Source of the DNA: Mobula hypostoma
Taxonomy: Eukaryota
DNA: 64,000 nucleotides
Direction of reading: 5' to 3'
NCBI RefSeq assembly: GCF_963921235.1
Contig: NC_086118.1
Span: forward strand, 21,330,001-21,394,000
Position numbers and translations under genes: made by a program
Notes under the pieces: generated by a model
Seen by the model: only the letters and a program-made list of their open reading frames with translations
What the model was told of the DNA's origin: nothing
Database searches by the model: none
In this document: one piece after another, positions 37,838 through 52,126 of the stretch
Layout: each line of letters opens with the position of its first letter
How positions within the stretch are numbered: position 1 is the first letter of the stretch

Positions 37838-39342
37838 AGTCATCATGGACTCTCCTTCACTACTGAGCAAGTGAGAAGGTCTCCGGGGAAACTCAGACAT
37901 GGTAAAGCATTAGGACTGGATGGTGTGAACCCCAAGGTCCTGAAGGAGCATGCTAAGCAGCTGTGTGGAGTTCTCCAGCGCATTTTCAATCCGAGTCTCA
38001 GCCTGGAAAGGGTCCTGACTGTGTGGAAAACAGTGTATGTAGTCCCAATATCGAAGAAGGGCCAACCGAAAGTCTTGAATGACTACCGTCCAGCGGCTCT
38101 GACCTCACACATCATGAAGACCCTAGAAAGGCTAGTCTTGGCTTACCTCCAATCTCTGGTCAGATCAGCCCTCAATCCCCTGCAGTTTGCCTACCAGGAG
38201 TACACTGGAGTCGATGATGCTGTCATCTACCTGCTGAACAGAGCCTACTCCTATTTGGATAAGCAAGAAGCACTGCGAAGATCATGTTTCTTTGCCTTCA
38301 ATACCACACAGCCATCATTGCTGGCGGAAAAGCTGTGCTCGATGCAGGTTGGCACTTCCATTGTATTCTGGATAATGGATTACCTGACTGGCAGACCACA
38401 GTTCGTGGGGCTTCAGAGTTGTGTGTCAGACATGGATATAAACAGCACTGTGGCCGACAGGGGACTCTACTGGCTCCATTCCTGCTTATCCTGTCTACCT
38501 CGGACTTTAGATACAACACTGAGTAGTGTCATCTGCAAAAAATTCTCAGCAATAGTTGGGTGTATAAAGAGACAATGGGAGGATGAACACAAGGCCCTAG
38601 TGGTGGACTTTGTGAAATGGTGCAAGCTGAATCATCTGCAGCTCAACATCAGTAAGACAAAGGAAATGGTGATGGACTTTAGAATGGCTAGGCCTACATG
38701 CTCCGTGTTACTATTGACAGTGAGGATGTGGTGAGGAAGTATCTGGGGGTGCATCTGGATGGCAGACTCAAGTGCAGCACTAACACAGAGGCTGTGTACA
38801 AGGGCCAGAGTTATCTCTACTTCCTGAGGACACTGAGGTCCTTTGGAGTATGCAGGCCTCTCCTTCAAATGTTCTACCAGTCTGTTGTTGCCAGTGCAAT
38901 CTTCTATGTAGTGGTGTGCTGGGGTAAGGGCATCAACACAGATGATGCCAACAGGCTCAAGAAACTGTTATAGGGGTCAAACAGGGCACACTGGTAGTAC
39001 AAAGGACCCTACAGAAAATTGTGGCAATTCTGGACGATATTTCTCACCCTCTGCATGCCACCTTGGCTGGACAGGGAAGCACTTTTAGGAATAGACTGAG
39101 GCAAGACTGAGGCAATGGCACTGCTCCGAGAGCACTATTTGAGGTCATTCTTACCTTTGGTCAATAGGCTGTATAATGAGTCAACCTATAGCCGGGGAAG
39201 TGATAACCCCCTCCTGTTAGACTGTTTGAGCTAACTTATTTTTTTAATTCTTTCTTACTTCTCTTCTAATATTTGTACATCTGTGCACTTGAAATGCTAC
39301 TGTGACACTATAATTTCCTTGGGATCAATAAAGGTCTATCTC
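37838..39342 (+). mobile_element. Rex1/Babar LINE, 5'-truncated, frameshifted RT
   Basis: KALGLDGV..VLK, LNDYRPAALTSHIMKTLERLVL, PLQFAY..GVDDA and WCKLNHLQLNISKTKEMVMDFR. Ends gggatcaataaag + (tatc)-type tail. Confidence 0.9.
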
Positions 39343-39582
39343 TGCAACTCGAGCTTCATTTACTCATTAATCCTGCCCTTCCTATATTTATTTCTACAGA
39401 CTCCAATTTTGAAGTTATTGATCATCATTCCTTGTTTCTCCTTTTCTGGCTCATCACCTATTTTTGCTCAACTGCTCTGCATGACTTTCAATATTAAGGC
39501 TCTGCATAAATTCTCTTCAGTTACCACAGGCAGCTTAGCGTGGGTTGAAAGCAGAACAATTAAGAAAGTTTAAAATATTGAT

Positions 39583-39755
39583 GAACACAAATGATTCTGC
39601 AGCTGCGGGAAATCCAGAGTAACACGTACAAAATGCTGCAGGAACTCAGCAAGTCAGCAGCGCCTATTGAAACGTCATCCGACCCGTTGGCTCTTTATTC
39701 CTCTCCATAGATGTTGCCTGATATGCTGAGTTCCTCCAGCATTTTGAATGTGTTA
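39583..39755. mobile_element. Palindromic Penelope-terminus element
   Basis: aacacgtacaaaatgctgcaggaactcagca ... tgctgagttcctccagcattttgaatgtgtt inverted arms. Confidence 0.7.
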
Positions 39756-40479
39756 AAAAAAATTCTCAAAGAGCAATAAATAATTCCAGACAAAGAAATA
39801 AACAAAAAAAATATTTGCAATGGTCGTCAGCTTTTTAGAGCAATAATGTTCATGTTGCAATCAGTAGCTTGGATAAAACTCCAGTTTTGAACTTTTGTAT
39901 GGTAATTATATTAGATTTATTCATTGATCACCATTGCTGTTACTGCAGTGAAAAGGTGTTAACTCACTGCATCACTCAGCTCCTAACAGTGCTACTATGA
40001 TAGCAGGAAGCAGAGTCTGAAGAGTCGTGAAACGAGAGCCTCGATGATCAGAGCACTGATAAAGGCTACAAATAATGTGAAAATTACAGGAATCCAGCAT
40101 ATATGTCAACTAATTTGAAAGATCATTTATAGACCTTGTGGTTAAAAGTTATGATTTGTTCACAATTTTAAAATGTAAGCACAGAGGTTTTGATTCTTAA
40201 AATTATCTTAAAATTTTACGAAGTAATTAGCTTTATAGAAGTGCAAATTATTCTTGCAAAAATAATGCAACCTTCCCTGTAAGCAGGTCTATCAACATTA
40301 TGAGTATGTTAATGCAAGTTAGTCTTTAGCACCTTACAAGATCTCCTTTGCTGTATATTTATTGGTCAGAAAAGTTAAAATCAGTCAGGAAGATCTCGTG
40401 CAGTGTGTTTGGACACGTAAATATACACAGTTTAGAAAGATAATTAAAATCTTAAGCATGCATATAACCAAAGAAGAGG

Positions 40480-40880
40480 AAGAAATAAGATCAGAAAATG
40501 GTGGTAACACGCAATAGGTCAGATAGCCTCCACAGGGAAAGAACCAGAGTTAACGTTTCAGCCACACAAAAAAACATCTGCTATAAGAATTCAGTGGGTC
40601 AATCAGCATCTGTGGAGGCAAAGGGATGATTGATGTTTCAGGTCAAGACCCTGCACCAGCACAGAGTATAGTGGGAAGATAGCCAGCATGAAGAGGTGAG
40701 AGGGAGGGGTGAAATATAGACTGTGGGATGATGGGTGGAGCCTGAAGAGGTATGGGATGATGGGCAGGTGGGGCCATGTGGGGATGGGTGGGTTGAGTTT
40801 TCAGAAAGAGGCTGTTGGAGAAAGATGTGGAAAAATGGGCAGCTAGAACTCCACGAAGGAAGAGGAAGATAAAGTGGGAT
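40480..40880 (-). mobile_element. Old Penelope-derived fragments
   Basis: gatgtttcaggtcaagaccctgcaccag and a purine-rich tract. Confidence 0.5.
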
Positions 40881-41549
40881 GCCGGATTGTGTGTGCACAG
40901 ACCATTCTGACATAGATTTGTATTTGAATTCAATGATAACTGATAGAGTCACCAAGCAGAGCAAAGTCAAGTGTCATAAGGAGACAGGAACATATACAAA
41001 TATTACAGAGAATTCTTTGGATTATTTCTTTCTCAAAGCCACAAAGAATTTGTATTATTCTTTGTGCCTTTGAGAAACTTTTGAATTAGAATTTATTTAA
41101 AATCTTACGTCCATCCCACAATGCGAGGGAGTAAAAATCTTTGCGTTATATCTCCGATGCAATGTACAGACACGTGAATTTAAAAGTCTAACGGCTTTTG
41201 ATGAAATTGCAAAGAGCACCAGCAGGAACTGCTGACAAACTGGGGTAAATTTAAACACGAATCATAAAACTACAGGTTGGTACTTAAGAGATGCTCAGAA
41301 CTTCCAGTTTCTGCAATATTTACAATGAAAGGTCAATTGGTGAGAGAAGGCAAGGTGAATTCACAAGCTAGCATTCTATTGTAAAGCCTCTCTGGTAAGG
41401 CGCTATAAATCAAAAAGGGTTTGAAAGGCTGCCACATTATCATAGGTGCTGTGTAAATATCAAGCAACAAATCACTTTTCCCATTAGAAAAATGAAAGGC
41501 CATAAGGAAATAACCACTTAGCTTTGAAATTACCAGTTTCGGTACTTAC

Positions 41550-41615
41550 ACAACGAGGGTGTTCAAGGGCTGCATCATACTGTAGTCTCACCCTCTGTGG
41601 CATCATGACATCATC
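41550..41615 (-). CDS. B3GNTL1: B3GNTL1/QTGAL internal coding exon (66 nt, phase 0 to 0): [22 protein letters not shown]
   Basis: Acceptor tgttatttgccacag and donor TGT|gtaagt. Matches recalled human [22 protein letters not shown] and is in frame with both neighbouring exons. Not listed in the ORF track. Confidence 0.95.
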
Positions 41616-44600
41616 CTGTGGCAAATAACATTCATTATTCAATGCAACTCAAACAGACAGACCAGATGAGTTCACCTGTACACGTTACAATGACTTCACT
41701 TCAAGTCTGGTTCAATCGCAAACCCATTGGGTGGGTGAAATCAGTAGGCTTCAACCAAGTCTAAATGTGGTCACTTTGATATGGCACTGCTGCTGTTGCA
41801 ATGACGTCCTCCAATCCCATACTTTCAAAATGGCAATGTACCAACAATCTGGAAGTTATTTAATATCAATCCTGGATGTGCTCCGAATTCCAAACATAGC
41901 CATCTTTTATCACTTTGTGAGGGAAGTCAGACCCACTCTCAACTCTATAGGCCATGACTATCAAATGGGGTCAGAATGCTACCAACCGTCTCTTTCCGAA
42001 TATGTACATTTAAAATAAATAAAAAGACAAATTTTCAGCCATACAAGAGTTAAATGGGACTCAATGGGCTTAAGAAATTTATTGGCTCTCAGAATTCTTA
42101 ATGTATTGCAATTACTGTGCCAGGAATTCATCTGTCCATTTCAGGATTAGTCTGTTTTCAGTTTCAGACTTGGCTTCAAACACGCCTACGCTGGTGATTC
42201 AGTGGGCCGAGTTGTCCTGGATCCATCACCCTAATCTGAGTCACCGTCTGCATTCTCCTCACACCCATATTAACTCAGTACAGATGCACAGATGGAACCT
42301 CTCTAGCCCTGTGACACAAGGTGCAGCAAGATCCGAACAGTCCATAAGTATGGGGGAGGCAGAGATGAGAAGAAATCCCCCTATCCAAGAATACCCTGAT
42401 GGGCTTTAACAGAAGGCAAAGCTGAGGGCAGAAACTTTCAACTTGTGGCCTGGCGAAATAGCCAAGAATTTATAACTGTGTCTAGCATTTGGACATTGAA
42501 CTGAATCATGTTCAGGCATTCGTTGCTGAAACATGCACAGGACACACTGACTGATGACACTGACACATCAGTCACTACACACCACTGCTGGAATCCACAT
42601 GGAACTCAATGGCCCAGTCTCAATGGTCCCTTCCAGCAATATACCTAGGAATCCACCCCTCCAATCCCACACCAGGTCAGAACTGAAGTGAGCGTGTTGA
42701 CCACATTTCAATACCAATCTTACCGTGCTAACTAGAGAAAACGAATAATATTTTAACTAAAACACTTAAGTCTTTGAACTAGAGTAAAACAATTGTGTTC
42801 TATGTTATTAATGAATTAAATAAAGCATGCGAATAATTTGTGTTTTTAATTTTCACATGATGTAAAAACTAGTAAGACTGTGCATGTGTCTGGAGGCACT
42901 GGACAGAATGGAGTTGGAAATTTCTGAAGGGAATCTCCAGAAATCAGCTACCACAGAAGCTTCAGATTTCCACATATTAAACACTAGCGGCCAAGCACGG
43001 CACTCCATTAAAGCAGGATGGGGCACACGGACACCCAGCTCTGTTGCCAGATCCACTGTTGTATCCATCGATGGAACTAGGACATGTGGAAGGTCAGGTG
43101 AACCACGTGGGGCCTTCAGTGCTATACAGGGCTTTGTCAGACACGTGTTAAAATGCAGGTGCAGATAAATGTTTCCCTTTGTTTATTTCTAAAAATTATT
43201 TGTTAAGGCTTTAAAGTTCTTGTAATTAAACATTTTAAATGAGGAAAACATTAAATTTATTTTATCATCTTTGAATATGATTAAACAGCCTGCCTCAGTC
43301 TCTTGGAGGCAAAGATCAGCTCCTTTGGCACTCGGCACCAATAAACAGGAAGTGTGGCTGGGCAGGCAGGGACCTCAGAGGGCAAAATGGTTCCAACAAG
43401 ATTCAGATGTTTAAAAATTATGAAATTTCTTGACAGCTTTGGCACATGGCAGAGCTCCAGCTGCAACCTTGCCTGTTGTCAGAGCCTGGAGTTTTCTAGG
43501 GAGGGCCACAGGACTGCACTGCCTAAAGCCTCAACTCCCTGTTGAAAGTGTACAACGAGATTCTACCAATATATCTCTACCAGGTTACATGGGCATGGGT
43601 AGTAGACAGGAGTCTTCATAATTCTGCCTATTAAAAATGATTAAAATTAGTCCTTGCACTAATGCACAGTGTAATGAATTGATCTGTATGAACAGTATGC
43701 AAGACATGCTTTTCATTGTACCTTGGGTGTGTGTGACGATGTTAAACTGATTCCAATTTAGATACACAAAAAAAATTCCAATATTCAAAAAATAACACTT
43801 GACCACTATTGCTCTGCGACTACTAAATTTTGGACTCAAGTGGCTGCAGGAGGACCGGAGAACATACATTTTTTTCTATCAAAGGTGTCATCACTAAGTG
43901 GAGTTGCCCCTGTAAAAAAATATTGTTACCTAAAGAATGCCAATTTCTTGCAATCTTCCAAGAAACATAAAACGAAGAAAAATGTTTAGAAAAATCCTTA
44001 GCCCAGCTGGATGCTATAATTAGAACCAGCATTTCTTATCCAGTCACATTACAGGTTCTACATAATTGGAAAATAAATATATTCTGATTTAATAATATTT
44101 GGCATGTTACTGCTAGAAATGGAATTGTATTTAAATACTTTGATTTCACAAGGTTATTTGAACAGAATTGCAAAACAGCTACATAAACAGATAATGATAA
44201 AACACAGCCTTGCACTCGTAACAAACAAAACACTTAACATGTTAAACAACATTCTTGACTGCACGCTTTAGACAAAATGTTAAACCATTAGTTGCAAACA
44301 GGTAGAAAACTACATTATAAAACCAGACAGAAATGTCCTTGAATGTATTTGCCATTTATTGGTTTTAATATTTCAATTTCCAGCCTCAAATTATCTCTGT
44401 GCTAAAAAACTTAACAGTCTTCCACATAACTCAGATGTGTCAACATACAATGATATCTAACATTTTTTAAGATATTAGTATGCCAGTGGTTAAAAGAGAA
44501 ACTGGCTTTCTGACTCACTAATTGAAATTTCAAGTAACTAGCAAGTTACAACTTGCAATAATTTTGGTAGACCAGCCCAGTGCTGAATCTATACTTAACT

Positions 44601-45094
44601 TCTAGAGTAAAAGGAAAAATGCACTCGGATTGGTCCAAATTGCTCAAGTACAATGATCAATGCAATGGGTTCTGATTTAATACTTTTCTCTCTACGTTCT
44701 AATTTCAAAAAAATCGATGTAGCCCTTGAAAATAGAATGCCCCTTGCTCTGCTCTAGAAGTGCAATTCGTTTAGTGTGTAGTTTATTTTGTACGAACATC
44801 ACCCAGAATCAGTCATGCTTTGCCATCACAACAACTAATGAGAAGACAGTGCTCCAGCTCTACAGCTAGAAGCTGTCCATGCCACTCAGCCAACATGCCT
44901 ATCCCTTGACAGTCAAGGTCTACAGCAGCAAAGACTCACAACACCCTCTTCAACAGTTTTATCACAGCAAAGGCTTCAGTCAAGAGTTGCTACTGATGCT
45001 AAACTTTCTGCACAGACATGGACAGACTGAGGCTCCATCTATCCCAGGATATATATTTGGCAAATCAGTTTCCACAATGCCCTCATTCAGGAGT

Positions 45095-46050
45095 TGGAGG
45101 TGCATTAGACTCGGCTTGGTATCTGGCTCATCGAAACCTAGTCACAGCAGGACTAAAAGTGTTTGACAACCAGCCTGCCAGTTACCTATCCTGGAAGTCA
45201 AGCTTTCGCAATGCCGTGGAAAGACTAAGTCTCAAACCTAGCAAAGAGCTAGATCTTCTCTGTAAGTGGCTTGGTGAGGAGTCACTGCAACGTGCAACAA
45301 GGGTTAGGGCAGCACACATTAATGATTAATACAGGTTTGAAAATGTTGTTGTGGAGGCTGGACAAATGCTACGGCTCTCCAGAGGTAATCGAAAAATCAC
45401 TTTTCAATAGATACAACAACATTCCAAAGCTCACAAAGAACCACCAAAGCTAGCAATTCTTTTGTCAGAACTACAAGATGCAAAAAAAAAGGTTAGCTAT
45501 CAGTTTCTTGGATACTTCAAGAGAAATTAACCCTATAGTGGAGAAACTATTGAACAACATGCAGGAATGGTGGATAACTGAAATCCCAACCCCTGAGGTT
45601 GCATGTGGTCATTCAAATCTTAAGGACATAGCTGACAAGATTCCCCCACTTGTCTCTTCTGCTGAGATTCTCTTATTGCTTGGCAGAGGCACTGTCTGTG
45701 CACACGAGGTAGGAGAACAGTGCAATGGTCTGCATGACGCACCATACGCCCAACGACTGACCTGGGTTGAATCATCATGGGTGAAGTCTACCTCAGTGGA
45801 GCTCATCAACCCACTGTCAGCACGTTCAAGACCAATGTCCAGGAGGATGGACACTCAAGTCATTTCAGGCCCTGTGAGAGTAGAATCTGTACAAGCAAAT
45901 GTAGGTAAGCAAACCAAGCACTCCGACATAACTACTTCTGCTCAAGTAGATTCAGGCAAGCTGGTCTTCTGTCGTTCAGAAGATGATTATAAGCTGACAC
46001 CTTCCATCGAAGATAAGGTCTTCCTTCAAATCATGAACAAAGGGTAGCCA
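45095..46050 (+). mobile_element. BEL/Pao LTR-retrotransposon relic (gag and protease-region fragments, internally deleted); second small piece at about 46525-46625
   Basis: GLKVFDNQPASYLSWKSSFRNAVERLSLKPSKELDLLCKWLGEES (BEL gag-like), EIPTPEVA..LKDIADKIPPL..EILLLLGR..APYAQRL and SIEDKVFLQIM. Confidence 0.8.
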
Positions 46051-48082
46051 AAGACAGTCTTTGCAGTGTTTTTACATTTGTAAGCAACCTCTCAGGGCAG
46101 AGCAACTGAATCAGGCTAAGGTTAGAATCCTTTTTGTTGTTCAAAGACAGACGAATGCAGAGGAGGTGCGGTGCATCACAAAGCAGTAACTTTTCCTAAT
46201 CCAGTTACCCTAGTAAACTCTGTCCCGTTCTTGACGCTGAGATGCTACTGTGAGTTGGAGGATGTATTAGAGAGCACAACTCACTTTACAGGTAACTCAC
46301 TCGTTCCTCATTCTGAGTGAGCACCGTCACCAGTTTGCTTATCAAACATTACTATGAGTAAGTATGTCATCAAGGATGGCGAGAATAGTTAAAGACTGTT
46401 TTCAAGGCCAGTCCCTAAGACTGTCCTCCTTTTGCCAGAGATTTAATGAAATGATCATTCGACTTTTCGTTTTAGTCGTTATGTTTGACATGGATGTCAG
46501 ATGGGGAGTGGTCTGCTCCAAATTTGACTCTTCTGCTGAGATTCTCCTGTCGCTTGGCAGAGCCACCATCCGTGCGCATAAGGTGCGTCAACAGCACAGT
46601 AGCTGGCACAATGCCCAACAACTGGACCATCTCAATGCTTTAAGGTGCTTGTGAATTTTAATTTTTTTTGTTCATACATTAATTTTCATCGTTTCTAAAA
46701 TGACAGTTAAAACATTTAAATTTGTAAAAAGCATTTGCAAGTTTGACAGCTGGCAAAGCTCTACCCCATCCTTGCCAGTGGGAAGGACTGGGGCACCGGG
46801 TATAGGGCTACTGCTCATCGCTGCCCATGGCTTGGTCGTTGTTCACATTTAGTTGTTGAATTCAATGTTGTGGACAGCCAGCAAGATAAATCCCAGAACC
46901 ATCTGAGCTCCAAATGACTCAATTGTCTCATTTTACAAATCTAGCCATAGCTAAATTGGAGATTAATGGGAAATATGAAGCATTTCCAATTAGAAAGCAT
47001 TACTTTTCCCCGTGTAACATTTGAAAGGGCTTCACTGATCAGCTTTATTTGACTCCAGAGAAAATATCAGACAGCACGTGTTACTATAGACTCAAAAAAA
47101 TCAATAAATTCAGAAACCAATTTCCCAAGTCGTAAAAGAGCAGCAGTAAAACAGTCGATTGCCATCTAACTCGAGTATTTACTTTATCCAGAGGACTCAG
47201 AATTTCCCATCTTTGCATCAAAGGAAATGCCAGCAAATATCTGTTTAGAGAGTAGGTGTCACACTATCGAGCTCCAACGACATAACAGAAGAAAAAACAA
47301 AGATGTTTTGCCTGCAACCTTTGAAGAGATATTGTACCTGAAGGGGGAAAAAATCCTTTACACAAAACTACCCATTAGAATGTTAAAGTACAGATGACTG
47401 GCCCAGCAAGTAAACTGTCCATTGTTGTCTTCCAGATGAAACCCTAGCTTGTGCTGCCAGCAAGCAATGATTGTAGCAACCTCCGCCTTCATTTTAAAAG
47501 AAATAGGTATTATCGGTCGAAGGTTTTGTCCCTGTGTTCTATGTTAAAACCAGTTGCACCCACATACAGAACTGTTTCCTCCTGAAGTACTTTCACAGAA
47601 TAAGTGAAGATGCAAGCTATTAAGTTGAACCAGTTATATTGTATAGAAATGTGAAGACTGATGGCACATTGTAGAAATGCTGCAGGTGTTTATCTTCTGG
47701 TTACAGCTGTCATGAGGCATTGTTCATTTATCTTCATATCATAGGTTCCAACAGGGTGGGTATGTATTTTAAATGCATTTTGTTTCATAATACATAAACT
47801 TAAAAAGCACCGACAGAGGAAATAGCAAACTTAATTCCAAGCAGTTCTGTGTCAACCATTTACTTTGGCTTTTCAATTCTCAGGAAAAGGAACATAGCTA
47901 CTTTACCTGGTGGCATTTTTTGACCCCAGGTGAACCTTCAAAACCTTCCATCATTAAGTACCCTGCCTCCAATGAAGAAACTTATATTAATAAATGTTCA
48001 CATCTTTTGCATGTTCAGTAATTTGGAGCTACTAAATTATTTTCAATTTATTCCTTGTTTATTCATGGAACAAAGGTGTGGC

Positions 48083-48480
48083 AGGGTCCCGGCCCGAAAT
48101 GTCGACTGTACCTCTTCCTATAGATGCTGCCTGGCCTGCTGCGTTCACCAGCATTTTTTGTGTGTGTGGCAGAGTGAGCTGGGTTGGGGGCTGTCCCCTC
48201 TGCTGGTTCTGCTCTCCAGTATTTGCTCCCTGTAAGACGTTGGATTGCCTTCACCTGGACTGACCCAGCGTGAGATGAGGAACCACTGTATGCTTGTTTT
48301 TGCAGAAACATGGCTCCAGGACAATATCCCATGCATCAAAATTCAGGCTACGCCACTCAGGGATTGTGCTAGTATTATTTTGAGACTGTCTGTACTGTGT
48401 TGTGCACTTTGCTCTTGAAGGAACACCGTTTTGTTTAGCTGTAAGCATGTGCATGTTTAAAAGACAATTAAACTTGAGCT
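48083..48480 (+). mobile_element. Penelope short terminus (48083-48168) followed by a LINE 3' end
   Basis: agggtcccggcccgaaatgtcgactgtacctcttcctatagatgctgcc, then gacaattaaacttgagcttga tail. Confidence 0.65.
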
Positions 48481-49902
48481 TGAAGAAGGTTAGCAAATGC
48501 AAACAAACCATTATCCAAAACTATACTCAGTATAAACATTAAGGGACTAGGTGACTGGTTAAATGAAAACATAATTACTGGCTGCGATAGAAGAAAGTTC
48601 AGTCTTCTTTTGAACAGTTCTATGGGATCTTTTATGTCAACTTCATAAAGGAAGATTAGTCACCAGTTTAACATCTCATCGGCAAAATGAGAGACAAGGA
48701 GCTTCAGTTCTTTCCCAGTTGGTCACTTGGGGGTTTTCCATATTCCATTCAAAATCAATATTACTGGCAGTGTTGGTAGTTTCTCCTCACCCTTTCCTCC
48801 ATCAAAATCAGTTAAAGTTCAAAGAGAGCTTTTACAGTGCTCTCTGTTCATGACATTATGGAGATGAATAAAAGCAAAAAGAAGATAAATGATGCTGCAA
48901 CTGTAGCTGTGGTAAATCTAAGATAAAAGAAAGCTAGAAATACTCGTCAAGTGAAGCAGCATCTATAGAGAGCAGAGAAGCTAATACCACAGGTCTTTTA
49001 CCAGAACTGGCCAACTGAAATAGATGGCAACCAAAATTTATTGATACTGCAAGTCAGAATATGAAATGCTGTACCTCTAGTTTACACTCGGCTTCATTAA
49101 CAGTGTAAAAGGCTAAAGAATAGGAGGTCAGAATGGAGAGGAATGAAGAATTAAAGTGACAGGCATTCCATAGCAAATGTCTCACACTCTGATTTACTTC
49201 TTGTTGAATCAAATTGATATTCCACCCTTCACACTTCTACAAATAACTACAGTTATACAGAAGATATTCAATGCTCTTTCAATCACTGCTTTGTGCGTAC
49301 GCAGAGATTCATGCTTAAAAATACAAAACAGCACATGCATCCTCTTAACCTCTCTCTCTCTCTCTCAAAAAATATCAACTCAATACGTCTCAAAGATATC
49401 TGACTGCACACTGACTTCATCCTTTATTGTTTTTGACACTTTAATAAATGACGTCTCTTTCCTTTCAGGCTTCAAAGATTGCAAACTTCAAAACCCTTCA
49501 AATCTAGTAATTTTTCAGATCCCAGCTCTCCTCTAGTTCCACACTTAGTATTTTTTTCAACCAGCTTCCCTTCTCAGATCCCAAATAATCTACCCTCAAA
49601 ATTAGTCCCTGACATCCCAAAACAATGTTTAGCACTTTTGCTACTATCTTTGTCTCCAAGCCCATGGTTTTATTCTAAAACTCTTAATCCCAACACCATG
49701 GATGCATCTTCAGAATTTTTGATCTACCTGGACCCTGTCTCCCCACCTCAAACTGCAAGCATGACTTTGACCACCCCATCTTTTCACTGTCCTTGTTCAT
49801 TGACACCTATCTTATTCTGAACTCATAGAACTCTATTCAACAAGGATCAATCCTGACATTGACATTCAATATGCTGACAAGGATGGTGCCAGTGCTTAGC
49901 AG

Positions 49903-50395
49903 AGTAATAGTAGTGTGATCACTCCAGTCAGGTTTGATGTTCACCCAAGGGTTTGTCTATTGTTGGGTCCTCAGGTGGCTACAGAGGCCAATCCAAGATT
50001 CACGTACTCTCATCGCCACAGGACTCAATCTGGGCTGTCAGGTTGGATTCCCTTAATGGAGGAAGCCTGTCTGTGACTTTGTTTAATGTGGGAAGGCTGA
50101 TGTACAGGAAGCCACCACATGGTTCTTGAGCTTAGGGCCAGTGTCCAGTAGCACCGAACGCAAGACAACTGGGGACCCTTCACTGCCGCAGCCTTCCTCT
50201 GCCTTCACTGCCGTTGTAATATTTCATCATCTCCTGGCAGCTCCACCATTAAGATCTTGGTTGGATGGCTCTTTGTCTTGAACTTCCCCCTTGACCTTAC
50301 CGCCACGGGTGATCCTACCAGGAGCTAAGTGATATCGCTTTGGGTATCTCAGGAACTCACAATCCTCTGCACCACGACAAGGTGACAATCCTCGG
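49903..50395 (-). mobile_element. Bipartite non-autonomous RTE element (5' UTR fused to ORF end and 3' tail)
   Basis: Minus strand starts gtcaccttgtcgtggtg..ctcctggtaggatcaccc (RTE/Expander-type 5' end) and ends SWIGLCSHLRTQQ* (RTE SRIGLxSH terminus) with an (ACT)n-like tail. Confidence 0.7.
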
Positions 50396-50399
50396 CAAA

Positions 50400-51915
50400 T
50401 TCACCTCTGTCTCACAGACACCTCCTTAAACCTCCCTCTGGTCCATGTTCCCATCTCTGAAAATCACATCACTGTAATCCAGAAAACTAGTCCTTCTTCT
50501 TGTTCCATAGAATATACTTCTTTCTACCTTGACTCTTCTTCAGTCCAGTCCCTTCCCATTTACAACTGAGATACCCGGCTCTTTCCATAACCAGCTCCTT
50601 GCACCCAAATCTGCAAATGCTGACTGTAAACATTCTCTGCATCCCTACCACACCCCAGGATGGCACTTTCCTTGAAGAGGACCTACGAAATCTGTCCAGC
50701 ATCATTCTCATTCACTCTCATGCTGAGTAACTTCTCCTTTAACTTCACTCAGTTGCTCCAAGCCTAAGATGTAACAATAAGAAGTCACATACACTCCAAA
50801 ATATGCATGTCTCTTTGTGTGATGCATGGAATAATCTGTATTTCAGTCCTGCCTCCCTCACTTTTTAGGGTACATTTGTTAGGGAGTATTCTGCGGTTAT
50901 GTGAATATAGCAGACATTAATTCAAACAAGAACAAGTGTTCAGTTTTTATTGCGTTCAAGATGTTGACCAGACTGATGTGGCCACGTAACTCATCAGAAA
51001 TGGCCACAGGTACAGGTGAAGCACTATGCCACTTCCACTTCTTCACATTTAGTGTACTGCATTCAATGCCCGCAATCTCATCAATGGAGAACAACGGAGA
51101 AACCAAACGCACAATGGTCAACTGTAGGATACCAGTGGTGACCCTGACCTTCCAGTTGCCTATCACTTTAACTCTCCAACCCACTCCAATTTTCGTTCTC
51201 TTTGGTCCAGTCAAGACCAAGAAAGGCGGGAGGAGAGAGAGCAGCATGCCGCGCATGCACAGCCCTCCGGTGAAAAATGATATCGTATCCGTTAAATAGG
51301 GGCCGTGGACAATTCTGATTTGATGAAGACGGACATGAAAGCACAGAGGAACATCTGGAGAAATTTCTGAAACGCCAGTTCGCTGCTGTTGTTACTGCGC
51401 AGTCGGGAATCTTCCAGAGGGAAGGCCTCAAAATCCCCGGCTTTGCCTGCTGTTGGTGACCGAGATTGAGGTCGAATCGTTCGGACAGAGATGGCGCTCA
51501 GTACTCGGTGTTGGAGAGCTGATCGGAGGCTCGAAGTTTTCGGATGACTCAGAGTCAGACTGTGGTCGGCATGGCAGGGAGAGTTTTTCTTCCTTCTCCC
51601 GTCTGCGTGAGATGTGGGACATTTGAGAAACTTTGAACTTTTTACTGTGCTCACAGACTTCTTCATCAAGTTATGGTATTGTTGCACTGTTGTAACTATA
51701 TGTTATAATGATGTGGTTTTGTTAGTTTTTTCAACCTTGGTCTGTCCTGTGTTTTGTGATATCACACCGGAGGAAATATTGTATCATTTCTTAATGCATG
51801 CATTACTAAATGACAATAAAAAAGGACTGCGTGTCTTCATAATCTAAATGCTAAAGGAACAGTATCCCTTCTTCTGACAATACTGCACCTGGGAGTCAAC
51901 ATTGAACTTAATGTG
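50400..51915 (+). mobile_element. Old Penelope RT/GIY-YIG fragments, interrupted at 51225-51847
   Basis: ttctcctttaacttcactca, ggagaaaccaaacgcac (GETKR) and ccagttgcctatcactttaac (PVAxHFN). Resumes aaggaacag after the insertion. Confidence 0.55.
51225..51847 (+). mobile_element. ~620 bp non-autonomous retroelement with (TAATC) tail
   Basis: Shares its 5' start GGCGGGAGGAG, an internal block and the 3' end with the copy at 62061-62729. Cleanly interrupts an older Penelope fragment. Confidence 0.75.
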
Positions 51916-52126
51916 AGATAAAGGGTCTTTCTTGCTTGCAACTCAACTGGTCAATTTTGACGAATGAAACCCAACCAGCAATGGTATCTCTGTTTTTCCA
52001 TCACACACACGCACACTCTGAGCATTTCCAGCAATTAATGTTTCTATTTATAATTAAAAATAATTATTCATGTTCTTCTGAATTGGACATGATTTTATGT
52101 GAAAATAATTGCAGATATATACTCAC

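Noticed and set aside
43280..43460. Possible Tx1/L1 C-terminal remnant
   Set aside because: Similarity too weak to support by eye.
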